In this document: positions 35,161-44,652 of the stretch, piece by piece
Position numbering within the stretch: the first letter of the stretch is position 1
Layout of the letters: every line of letters starts with the position of its first letter
Source of the DNA: an uncultured Christensenella sp.
Lineage (GTDB): Bacteria; Bacillota; Clostridia; Christensenellales; UBA1242
Length of the DNA stretch: 64,000 nucleotides
Direction of reading: 5' to 3'
Assembly: GCA_949287685.1 (NCBI GenBank)
Contig: CASEHF010000001.1
Coordinates: 880-64,879 of the forward strand
Position numbers and translations under genes: made by a program
Notes under the pieces: generated by a model
The model's input: only the letters and a program-made list of their open reading frames with translations
The model's database searches: none
Told to the model about the DNA's origin: nothing

Positions 35161-35313
35161 CCAACTGGCTCAGTTGGCGCGACGCGTTAAGAAAACAGCA
35201 CGGGCGTGCTGTTTTTAGCCAAAGCGGACAAGGCGACTAGCCTTGGCGGGGAGAGCAGTTGATTCGTAATCAACAGGTCGCGGGTTCGAGTCCCGCCAGT
35301 AGCTCCAATAAAA
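35161..35313 (+). pseudogene. decayed partial duplicate of tRNA-Thr (5' part diverged and interrupted; 3' 65 bp identical)
   Basis: 35249-35313 is identical to 35081-35145 (D-arm 3' side through CCA plus AATAAAA). The 5' piece CCAACTGGCTCAGTTGG (35161-35177) is separated from it by about 70 nt containing the terminator. Its acceptor 5' strand cannot pair with CAGTAGC. Confidence 0.6.
35192..35216 (+). terminator. rho-independent terminator after tRNA-Thr
   Basis: 10-bp stem AAAACAGCAC / GTGCTGTTTT with loop GGGC and a T-rich 3' side. Confidence 0.6.
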
Positions 35314-35368
35314 TAAAATCGTGTATAACTATAGTAACTATTTTTTATTTGTAAAATGGGGGATGAAT

Positions 35369-35893
35369 ATGAATATAGGTAATATCATCGCTATAGTAAT
35401 TATTGCATTGTTTATTCCTGTGGTTTTTGTCTTACTTCAAAAAGATATTGTACTTAAAAAAGAGTTTAAAGACTCATTTATTATAGATTACAAAAATATG
35501 TTGAAATTTATCATTGTTATTTTTGTAATTACTGCATTGGTTTCGATAATGCTCATAATTGCTGCGCCCATGCCGTTTTGGGCATATATAATACTTGTCG
35601 TTTGTAACCTTGTGTATATATTTTTTATAGTTATAATCTCTAGATATAAACTTATAATAAGTAGTGATGAAATTACTTATACTTCATTTTTTGCAAAGAC
35701 AAAGTGCTATAATTTTAATGATATAACTTTAATAAAAGTGCGTAAGCTTAATTATGGGATATTAAATTATCAAGTGTTTATAGGGGACAAACGCATTTTT
35801 TCGCTTTCGAATATGAACAAAAATATTCAAGAGTTTATAAACAAAGCGCGCTCTTATAACATCAAATTTGAGGACAAGTCATCAGCACATTAA
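35369..35893 (+). CDS. hypothetical membrane protein (3 N-terminal TM segments plus a small C-terminal domain)
   Basis: The preferred ATG is 35369, 6 nt after GGGGG, whereas the track start 35321 is GTG. Hydrophobic N-terminal half. No family recognised. Confidence 0.6.
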   Translation: MNIGNIIAIVIIALFIPVVFVLLQKDIVLKKEFKDSFIIDYKNMLKFIIVIFVITALVSIMLIIAAPMPFWAYIILVVCNLVYIFFIVIISRYKLIISSDEITYTSFFAKTKCYNFNDITLIKVRKLNYGILNYQVFIGDKRIFSLSNMNKNIQEFINKARSYNIKFEDKSSAH

Positions 35894-35938
35894 ATAACAA
35901 AACTGTCAAAACTGTCTTATATCCTATTTAAATACTTG

Positions 35939-36658
35939 GTCATCCTGAGTGTCGACCTCGGTGCGTGGGCGCAGTGCGAAGGCGCACACCCGATAGATAA
36001 AAGTAAACTACTCGCTTTGTATGATTGTTTACGGTTTGCTTAGAGTTGTTTTTAAGCGGAATAGATTCTTCGTCTCAGGCTCCGTAAGCAGGGCTCAGAA
36101 TGACATTGCTTTAAAAGTACCGCGGGTACAGCAGACTACTTTTCCTAGGCTGGTTAAAAGTGTGTAGCAGTTTATTTGTCTAACAAATAAAAGTCTGTCA
36201 TCCTGAGTGTCGACCCGCGAAGCCTTCAGACGAAGGATCTATTCCGCTTAAGACAACCTCCAATAAATCACGAGTTAACATTAAAAGTGAGTAGTCGTAC
36301 TATATTTATCTATCGGGAGTGCGCCTACGCACCGAAGGATCTATTCCGCTTAAAAAATTCTCGGGTTACAACTAAAAAATAAGAGGATGATGCTGGGCTG
36401 GCGCGGGAGTATACTTTTCTAATTGTGATAATCATTCACGCGCCAGACTTCCCGCAAGCGGGAAGGCATCCTGAGCCTCGACCCGCGGTGCGAAGGCGCA
36501 CTCCCGATAAATAGTACAAGGCCGTATTCCCAAACGATACTAATAAAAGTCTGTCATCCTGAGACCTGCTTACGAAGCCTTCGTAACTCAGCGTAGAGTG
36601 AAAGGTAACATTAGGAATACTTAGCAATACGCTGCCCGAAGGATCTCATCCGCTATAA
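35939..36658. repeat. largest mosaic repeat cluster R7 (about 720 bp, units in both orientations)
   Basis: Contains Y, inverted W, inverted Y, Y, W, P, A and Z modules. Forward terminal motifs lie at 36232, 36334 and 36638 and an inverted one at 36052. The cluster lies between a protein gene and the rRNA promoter. Confidence 0.9.
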
Positions 36659-36861
36659 GCTATAATATTATATATGGATAGGGAGGGACAACTTACAAAT
36701 CCCATAAATTTTATTTAAATTTCAAGGCCGAATTTTTTCGAATTTGGTCTTTTTTTATATCAAACACAGCAAACACGCGGGTGGGTTTATAGCGTTTTTT
36801 GCAAAAATGGCGAAATTTTGCGAAAAAATCAAATTTTTTTATTTTTTTTCGAAAAAAGTTG

Positions 36862-36890
36862 TTGACATTATTAAATACTACTGGTATAAT
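36862..36890 (+). promoter_or_regulatory. 16S rRNA promoter with an A/T-rich UP-like region
   Basis: TTGACA (36862-36867), a 17-nt spacer ending TGG, then TATAAT (36885-36890), preceded by long A/T tracts. It lies about 165 nt upstream of mature 16S. Confidence 0.65.
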
Positions 36891-36928
36891 GGACATCGTT
36901 ATCACCCGTTGTGGAGATAACAACCAGT

Positions 36929-36951
36929 ACCTTGACAATTGAATAGTTTTT
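36929..36951 (+). other. 5' arm of the 16S precursor processing helix (pairs with 38728-38750)
   Basis: ACCTTGACAATTGAATAGTTTTT is complementary to AAAAACTATTCAGTTGTTAAGGT over 23 nt with two G-U pairs. This is the typical RNase III-type stem enclosing 16S. Confidence 0.6.
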
Positions 36952-37054
36952 AAATAAGGTTTTTTGAGTTCTTGTCAATTCTGTACACAGTACATTAATT
37001 AACAACTTTTCAAAATCTCAAATTACGCAAGTGATTTGGTTTTGAGTCATAATT

Positions 37055-38569
<1,515 letters not shown>

Positions 38570-38727
38570 TAAGGAAACGGTTCAGAGCCGTATTTCCAAG
38601 GTCGATTTCGCAAGTCTATGCAACAGTTTGCATAGTGTGTGCATCTATACACTGCTTGCTTTTGGAGCCTCGCTTGGTTCCGAGAGCGAGTTATTTGCGA
38701 ATATCTTAAAACAAGATTAAAAAACTT

Positions 38728-38750
38728 AAAAACTATTCAGTTGTTAAGGT
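38728..38750 (+). other. 3' arm of the 16S precursor processing helix
   Basis: Complementary to 36929-36951 (see that feature). Confidence 0.6.
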
Positions 38751-38759
38751 TCAAATAAG

Positions 38760-38790
38760 AGAACGAAGTTTTCACTTCGTTCTTTTTTTG
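38760..38790 (+). terminator. rho-independent terminator directly after the 16S gene
   Basis: 10-bp stem AGAACGAAGT / ACTTCGTTCT, loop TTTC, followed by TTTTTTG. It lies about 190 nt after the 16S 3' end. Confidence 0.7.
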
Positions 38791-39092
38791 TTATTTAAAA
38801 GTAGGTATGAATTTCGTGACTTTTGGGTTTTGTAATCTCGTTTTAGTGGTGGGGCAATTATCACATATTATCTCGCAGCACAAAGTGAGCAAAAGACAGA
38901 AAATATTAAATTTGTCGCTTAACTAATTTGGGGCGGCATACAATTTACTTCAATAACGAAGAGTAGTATGTTAGTAAATTTGATAGAAGGTAAACGAAAC
39001 TAGCATTTGTTGTGCGAGGTGCTAGGTATATATGGTACAAGATTTAAAATGTTGCATATAGATAAAAACGAGAAATAAATTTTTAATTATAC

Positions 39093-39121
39093 TTGACAGC
39101 GTGCTAATGGTATGGTATTAT
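39093..39121 (+). promoter_or_regulatory. strong sigma-70-type promoter
   Basis: TTGACA (39093-39098), a 17-nt spacer ending TGG, then TATTAT (39116-39121). Confidence 0.55.
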
Positions 39122-39147
39122 ATGAAAAATTGCCAAGGAGGAGTAAA

Positions 39148-39282
39148 ATGGAAAATTTTGATGTTGAAAAGTACCGCGAAGAAGGTGACAAAATGGCTGA
39201 GCAGATTATAAAAAAGTATTACGAGAAAAAGCAAACTCAATTAAAGGAAAAGGCACAAGAAAATGACTCCATTCAGCGCTAG
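39148..39282 (+). CDS. small Lys/Glu-rich ORF (44 aa), possibly the 5' part of a frameshifted gene
   Basis: Not in the track (<60 aa). A strong AAGGAGGAG RBS lies 5-7 nt before the ATG. Translation: MENFDVEKYREEGDKMAEQIIKKYYEKKQTQLKEKAQENDSIQR. It overlaps the next ORF by 20 nt in another frame. Confidence 0.35.
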   Translation: MENFDVEKYREEGDKMAEQIIKKYYEKKQTQLKEKAQENDSIQR

Positions 39283-39517
39283 TAGAGAAAACGCCAAGCA
39301 GGGCGATGAAAATACAGAGGTAGCGGCACTAAAGCAAACAGTGGATAGCCTCAAAGCGGAGATTAGTCTACTCAATAGTCGTATGGCAAAATTAGAAAAT
39401 CAAGTCACTGAATTAAAGGAAGTGGTTGCTTTTCAGCACCGCAGCCTTGAAATCCAAAAGAAAGCAATTGAGGATGTCAAATCGAGTTCAATTGATATGC
39501 TAATTTCAAAATTATGA
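39263..39517 (+). CDS. small coiled-coil protein (84 aa)
   Basis: Track ORF with heptad-like LKQTVDSLKAEISLLNSRMAKLENQVTELKEV. It has no convincing RBS of its own and is followed by a terminator. Confidence 0.4.
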   Translation: MTPFSASRENAKQGDENTEVAALKQTVDSLKAEISLLNSRMAKLENQVTELKEVVAFQHRSLEIQKKAIEDVKSSSIDMLISKL

Positions 39518-39560
39518 CACGCGAAATCGAGTGGGAGACAAGGAGTAAGCATTTATATAG

Positions 39561-39581
39561 CACGCTCGTAGCGTGTTTTTC
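39561..39581 (+). terminator. rho-independent terminator
   Basis: Stem CACGCT / AGCGTG, a 3-nt loop, then TTTTTCTTTT. Confidence 0.5.
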
Positions 39582-39597
39582 TTTTAAAAAGGCTTTG

Positions 39598-39626
39598 TTG
39601 ACAAAATAACGACTTTGTAGTATAAT
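39598..39626 (+). promoter_or_regulatory. consensus sigma-70-type promoter of the HAD gene
   Basis: TTGACA (39598-39603), a 17-nt spacer, then TATAAT (39621-39626). Confidence 0.55.
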
Positions 39627-39642
39627 ATCTGCGGAGAAAATT

Positions 39643-40596
39643 ATGGAAACAAACAATTTAACAATCGCTATTAATGTCGATGATATTTTATTAAATCGGT
39701 ATGGTAAATTACAGCCCGAGGCGCTAAAAATGTTTGTGCATTTAGAGGATAAGGCAAATTTTATTTTTTTGACTAATGGTAGTGCAAATGTTGCTTTTAG
39801 TGCTTTAGCGCAAATCAACGAGAAATTAAACAAACAACTGTTTGCGTGGGTAATTGCGAATGGTGGTAGTCAAATTTTTACGCCAAACAATAGACTTTTG
39901 GATAGTCAGTCTTTTGATGTGCTAAAACTTTGGAGATTAATTTCTTATTTGCGTGCTTACGATAATGATTGTATGCTGCAATATTGCACCGAAAATGGGA
40001 ATTTTGTGGATATTCGTGATAATTTTATAAATAATTTGCGCTTTTATTATTTTAAAAAGCGTGACTTGTTGTTGGGGAATGCAAAGTTAGATGTAAATCG
40101 CGTAGAGGGTATGCGTGAAAATCGTAATATGAAAGCAATTGAGAATGAAATTGGCCCGATAAATCAGTTGGTGGTGCAAGGTTCTGATAAAAAGAAGTAT
40201 TCTAGCCTCCGTTATGTGCTTAGGAATAATTCAAAACTTTTCGATTATTACGAAAGAGATGAAAGGTTTTTTGTGCCAGCGCGAAATAAATTATCGGCAT
40301 TACAAACATTGCTAGAAAGTGCAAAGTCTGTAAAAACCACAGCAATGTCAGAAAAAGAGAAAACCTCTGTTACGGGACTGCCTAGCGAAGTATCAAAAAT
40401 AATTTATATTGGGAACAGTGTTAGTGATGTGGAATGTTTGCGTGCCTGTGATATTAGCGTGGCGCACAAATCTCGTGCTTGTAGCCAAGCCTGCGATTCT
40501 GCAAAGTATTCTGTTGAGCATTTGGGAGAGTTTATCGATTATATTGTTGATAATAATCACTTGGTACCAAACGAGCAGTTGGAGGAGAGTAGATAG
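39643..40596 (+). CDS. Cof-type (HAD-IIB-like) hydrolase homolog with substituted catalytic Asp positions
   Basis: Overall Cof-like layout. Motif I reads AINVDDILLN (consensus hhhDxDxT) and motif IV reads YIGNSVSDVECL (consensus GDxxND). See findings. Confidence 0.6.
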   Translation: METNNLTIAINVDDILLNRYGKLQPEALKMFVHLEDKANFIFLTNGSANVAFSALAQINEKLNKQLFAWVIANGGSQIFTPNNRLLDSQSFDVLKLWRLISYLRAYDNDCMLQYCTENGNFVDIRDNFINNLRFYYFKKRDLLLGNAKLDVNRVEGMRENRNMKAIENEIGPINQLVVQGSDKKKYSSLRYVLRNNSKLFDYYERDERFFVPARNKLSALQTLLESAKSVKTTAMSEKEKTSVTGLPSEVSKIIYIGNSVSDVECLRACDISVAHKSRACSQACDSAKYSVEHLGEFIDYIVDNNHLVPNEQLEESR

Positions 40597-40645
40597 AAAA
40601 AACATATTGTATAACTAATTTTGGTTAGTATACAATATGTTTTTT
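40597..40645. terminator. bidirectional terminator between convergent genes
   Basis: 17-bp stem AAAAAACATATTGTATA / TATACAATATGTTTTTT. Confidence 0.65.
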
Positions 40646-40674
40646 AATTTAAATAGCGTTGAAGTTTGTAGGAT

Positions 40675-41130
40675 TTAACTCCAATCGCACCTAAATTCAA
40701 TTAAAGGGCGGTCAAGTTCGGCGCCATATGTTTCCAAGTCTTGTAAAAGTTGCTCGCAAACTTCGTGCGGCACGAGGTTTACCGCTTTCAAGTCTTTAAT
40801 TGGCACGATTGCAGGTTCAAATGTCCCGTATTTTGAGGTGTCACAAGTGTACTCCTCGGCATCTGTTTTGTGGATTTCTCCTGATATCCATTTTGCCACA
40901 AAAAATCCCTGAATGGTGCTTTTTTGCTCAATGCGGTAAATTAATCTTATAGGCTCGACCTCGATACCAAACTCCTCACGCAGTTCGCGTTGGCAGCATT
41001 GCTCTGGGGTCTCGCTTCCCTCTAGTCCGCCGCCAGGTATGACCGCATAATCTCTACCTTGTCTGTTTCGTTTCATTACCAAAATTTTGTCCTCAACGAT
41101 TATAATTGCCCTATAACGCTCATTTCTCAT
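40675..41130 (-). CDS. NUDIX hydrolase
   Basis: Nudix box GGGLEGSETPEQCCQRELREEFGIE (GX5EX7REUXEEXGU). Confidence 0.85.
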   Translation of the reverse strand: MRNERYRAIIIVEDKILVMKRNRQGRDYAVIPGGGLEGSETPEQCCQRELREEFGIEVEPIRLIYRIEQKSTIQGFFVAKWISGEIHKTDAEEYTCDTSKYGTFEPAIVPIKDLKAVNLVPHEVCEQLLQDLETYGAELDRPLIEFRCDWS

Positions 41131-41349
41131 AATATTCTCCCAAATCGAATTAGTGTTTTTATTAGGTATTCTACATTATAAAAAATTTTCAAACTCTTGT
41201 CAAATCATTGACAGCATACCCACCTTGTTATATACTAATAAAAAATTAGGGTTTATTGATGTTAATTTGGGGGAGGAGTGTATTAATGCAAAAATACTCA
41301 ACTTGCTAAAAATTTAATTTAACATAGTAAAATCGACTAGGGGTGAAGT

Positions 41350-42279
41350 ATGAATTTTAATGAATTTAAGCAAAGCGTACAGCGCAAGCAAGAATTAGAG
41401 AACTTTTTGAATTTAAGCATTCCTGCACTTTACAGGAGGTATGGTAAAGTTTGCTTAAATGCAGATTTTAACTCAGTCATAAATCTTGAGAGCGAGCATA
41501 AAAGCGTTTGCGAGCAAGTTGAAAGGTTTAAAACTGAACTGGTTAATGAATTTGGACCACTTAATCCGCAAGACCCCGATATTAAATGGATATTTCGCAA
41601 GCCCGAAAGACAATGGTACGAATTCTCAGTTTTCGATGTAATAAAGCATCTTGATACATATCTAGCGCAAAATAATTGCAAAAAATCTTATGACATTTAT
41701 AGTATAGAGCAAGATGGCACAAGTTATATGAGTATGAATATTACAAGCTATCTACGAATTGATGTAAATTTCAAAAATGATTATATAGAGAATACAATCA
41801 CTTTTTTGATAGCAAATCAAGATTTTCACAACCTGAGAGAATTTCCCGATGTCTCTTATAAAAAAGTAGGCTCAGTCATAAAGTATTTTACTGATAGATT
41901 GATTCCCGAAGACGATTTATATTTTGATACTAATCTTTCAACAAACGAATTTAGCCCGCTTTGTTTTGAATATCCGGCCTTACCTAAAATTTTTATTGAA
42001 GGGAATTCGCTTCCAAAAGGAAATTCGCTATTTTATCGCGGTATAAGGGGAATTCCGTGGCAAATTATGCACGATAATATATTAGGACTTATAGATAGAA
42101 AAATTGAGCAAAATCAAGAGATTTTGAATGAATTGAGAAAAACAAAAAGTAAAATCAACCCATTGGTAAAAGAGCAGGAGAAAAAGATTTTAGAAATTGC
42201 AGCGCGTAAATCCGAACTTTTCCCTAACGAATTTCAACCAAAAAAGGAGCATTTTGCTCCTGAAATGGTTATAAGTTAA
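41350..42279 (+). CDS. hypothetical protein (309 aa)
   Basis: Clean ORF with a GGGGTG RBS-like sequence and a terminator downstream. No family recognised. Confidence 0.6.
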   Translation: MNFNEFKQSVQRKQELENFLNLSIPALYRRYGKVCLNADFNSVINLESEHKSVCEQVERFKTELVNEFGPLNPQDPDIKWIFRKPERQWYEFSVFDVIKHLDTYLAQNNCKKSYDIYSIEQDGTSYMSMNITSYLRIDVNFKNDYIENTITFLIANQDFHNLREFPDVSYKKVGSVIKYFTDRLIPEDDLYFDTNLSTNEFSPLCFEYPALPKIFIEGNSLPKGNSLFYRGIRGIPWQIMHDNILGLIDRKIEQNQEILNELRKTKSKINPLVKEQEKKILEIAARKSELFPNEFQPKKEHFAPEMVIS

Positions 42280-42421
42280 AGTATAGTTTGAGAGTAATGC
42301 ATTTAACTATTTCTTGCGACAACAATTAAATCGAGTAGGTTCGCCCGCGAAAATAAAAAATAAATTGATAAATATGAACTGAACTCCATTTGGGGTACTA
42401 GAGAAAAAACTTTTTATGATT

Positions 42422-42454
42422 AATACACTCCTAAATGCTAAGGAGTGTATTTTT
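42422..42454. terminator. bidirectional terminator between convergent genes
   Basis: 11-bp stem AATACACTCCT / AGGAGTGTATT with an 8-nt loop and a T-run. Confidence 0.6.
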
Positions 42455-42481
42455 ATCACAGGCAATAGGCAAAGTTTACTT

Positions 42482-42943
42482 TTATGATAAATTTTCATCT
42501 AATACACAAATCGTATAATACGCCTCTTTGGTGTTTATGTCATATTTGTAGCGAAAGAAAAATTTATTGTCTTCAAAATAACCGTGATTTCTAAATTCGC
42601 CTTGTACTCGCGCGGTCAGAGTTTCGAGCCCTTCACCCGAAAAAGTCACAAATCCCGCATTATCTACCGAGTAGTTAAGCGTATAGGTTATGCTGTATGT
42701 CGAGATTTTTGCAACATTGTCATCACTGAAAACGATATCTATAGGGTAGGTGAACTTCGCAGCTGTTTCACTGGCACTGGCATCAATGTTGTCGTTTTGT
42801 GCATCAGTAATGCGGACACCAAAGTATTCGTAAGTCCCGAAATTTATCTCGTATTGACCACAACCAATAAGCAAAATCGTAGAAAATACTAACAAAATCA
42901 CCCCAAAAGTATAAATTTCCATCTTTTTTGTACTAAAATTCAT
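42482..42943 (-). CDS. small lipoprotein
   Basis: Signal peptide with lipobox (ILLIGC-GQYE). No family recognised. Confidence 0.65.
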   Translation of the reverse strand: MNFSTKKMEIYTFGVILLVFSTILLIGCGQYEINFGTYEYFGVRITDAQNDNIDASASETAAKFTYPIDIVFSDDNVAKISTYSITYTLNYSVDNAGFVTFSGEGLETLTARVQGEFRNHGYFEDNKFFFRYKYDINTKEAYYTICVLDENLS

Positions 42944-43429
42944 TGTTTTCTCCCAAAGTAACCCTTTTGTAATTTATTATAACTAAAACTTTATAACCAA
43001 GTCAATAAAATCATAGCACGCAGTGCAAAATTACTTATTTTACAAATTTTTCAATTTTCATTTTAATTATTTTAATAAAATGTATATCAAAAGAACATAA
43101 ATGATAATAAATTTAAATAACCCTTGCCATTGTTACAAACTATTATAGTATGAGTATGGCGCAAGATTATAGTAGCGTTAATAGAGAGAGTGCGCGTAAT
43201 AATATATTAAATAAAAATTTTTCATCCTTATTAACTATAGAAAAACATAGAACAAAGGCAAAAGAGGATATAATAGATGAAAAGGTGCGGCTTTTTAGAG
43301 TAGTGGGGTGGGGTATGGGATATGTAATTAATAATCGATAAATTCAAAAAATAAATATATGAATGATTATCAACCACCCACAATTAGTTACCTGCCTTTG
43401 TTAGTCTAAGTAAGGTATGGAGTACATTC

Positions 43430-43553
43430 TACTACGAGCGAAGCAAGTAGTTAGCTCATTTTGCTTGCGCATAGAGTGTGTTGAGCGATTGTTTACAAGC
43501 GCGTAAACACAAACTCAGCAAGGTTTGCGTTAGCAAACGAAAATTTTTAAAAA
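43430..43553 (+). repeat. copy 1 of a second, about 125-bp direct repeat family upstream of the S10 operon
   Basis: CTACGAGCGAAGCAAGTAG...TTGAGCGATTGTTTACAAGCGCGTAAACA...AAGGTTTGCGTTAGCAAACGAAAATTTTT, with three internal hairpins. Confidence 0.7.
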
Positions 43554-43830
43554 TATTTAATGTAAATTGAATCAATCACTTTATTTTCAGCCTATTTAGC
43601 GGGATAAGAGTATGTGGCAGGTATTGCCTGCGAGCGAAGTGAGCAGCCAATAAAAAATTAGCAAATGAGGGAGGACTTGCGAGGAATACTTGTATTTTGA
43701 GCAAAGGCTTTAGAATTTGCGCCGCGTGAGCGGAGAAAGTTTTTCGAATTTTTCGAAAAATTTTTAACTCCTAGTAGAATACAAAGCCTAATAATAGTTA
43801 AGTGCAATTCTAGTGCCCAAGTCGGTATTG

Positions 43831-43957
43831 ACTACGAGCGAAGCGAAGTAGCCAACCCATCATTGCTTATGAAGAGAATGTTTGAGCGATTGCTTGCAAG
43901 CGAGCAAACATGAACGAAATAAGGTTTGCGTAGCAAACGAAAATTTTTTAAAAAACT
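43831..43957 (+). repeat. copy 2 of the about 125-bp direct repeat
   Basis: ACTACGAGCGAAGCGAAGTAG...TTGAGCGATTGCTTGCAAGCGAGCAAACA...AAGGTTTGCGTAGCAAACGAAAATTTTTT, with the same module order as copy 1. Confidence 0.7.
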
Positions 43958-43979
43958 TAAAAATTTTGTAATAAATGGG

Positions 43980-44008
43980 TTGACAATATTACCACTTTGT
44001 TATATAAT
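43980..44008 (+). promoter_or_regulatory. consensus promoter of the S10 ribosomal protein operon
   Basis: TTGACA (43980-43985), a 17-nt spacer, then TATAAT (44003-44008). Confidence 0.6.
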
Positions 44009-44318
44009 TACACCACTGTTAGTCTGGGTAGAAACTCAAAGTTACCTTAAAATAACTAGGTTTTGAGGAGAATTTGAGCGTACAAGTGGTGCAAAAGCAC
44101 TGCGTCTGAGCACTTAAACTTTTATTTTTATTTTTTTGACTTACAGTATGACACACCCGGAAGTGTGTTCATGTGCGCGTGACATATTAATTAAAAGTCA
44201 TACGGCATATGAAAAATTTTGGTGTGTTGCCTGTCGGTATAAAACGCTAGAGGTTTGCGATGGGCGAGGGATTTCCCTTAGTGCTTGGAGGAGTTTTACA
44301 TAATTTGGAGGTCGTACA
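44009..44318 (+). promoter_or_regulatory. about 300-nt S10-operon leader (candidate autoregulatory/attenuator region)
   Basis: Long untranslated region between the promoter and rpsJ. It contains a T-rich tract (TTTTATTTTTATTTTTTT at about 44130) and several short hairpins. The function is inferred by analogy with L4-regulated S10 leaders. Confidence 0.35.
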
Positions 44319-44627
44319 ATGAGTACACAAAAAATCAGGATTAAGTTAAAATCATTTGATCACCGCTTAATCGATGAAGCTGCCGCTCGCATTGTTGATG
44401 CAGCTACAAAGTCTGGTTGCAAGATTTCGGGACCAATTCCGCTACCAACCGACAAGGAAATTATTACTATCCTGCGTTCACCACATGTAAACAAGGATAG
44501 TCGTGAGCAATTTGAGTTGCGCACACACAAGCGTTTGATTGATATCTTTAGCGCAAGTAGTAAGACTGTAGACCAGTTGTCTAAGTTGGACTTGCCCGCT
44601 GGTGTAGATATCAACATCAAATTATAG
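44319..44627 (+). CDS. rpsJ: 30S ribosomal protein S10
   Basis: [54 protein letters not shown] is canonical S10. Confidence 0.97.
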   Translation: MSTQKIRIKLKSFDHRLIDEAAARIVDAATKSGCKISGPIPLPTDKEIITILRSPHVNKDSREQFELRTHKRLIDIFSASSKTVDQLSKLDLPAGVDINIKL

Positions 44628-44652
44628 GCAAACAACATAAGGAGAATGAGTT

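Noticed and set aside
35161-35313. A second tRNA-Thr gene carrying a D-loop intron.
   Set aside because: Bacterial tRNA introns are group I introns in the anticodon loop. The roughly 70-nt insert here is too short, contains a terminator hairpin, and the 5' acceptor strand cannot pair. I interpret it as a decayed duplicate or att-type scar.
38570-39090. A 16S-23S internal transcribed spacer with tRNA genes or the start of a 23S.
   Set aside because: No tRNA cloverleaf or 23S 5' motifs can be found. The processing-helix 3' arm and a strong terminator occur within 220 nt of the 16S end, and a protein-gene promoter follows.
43150-43341. A 63-aa plus-strand ORF (MSMAQDYSSVNRESARNN...).
   Set aside because: It has no Shine-Dalgarno sequence, an odd composition, and lies in an AT-rich spacer next to the second repeat family. 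The support is insufficient to call it a gene.
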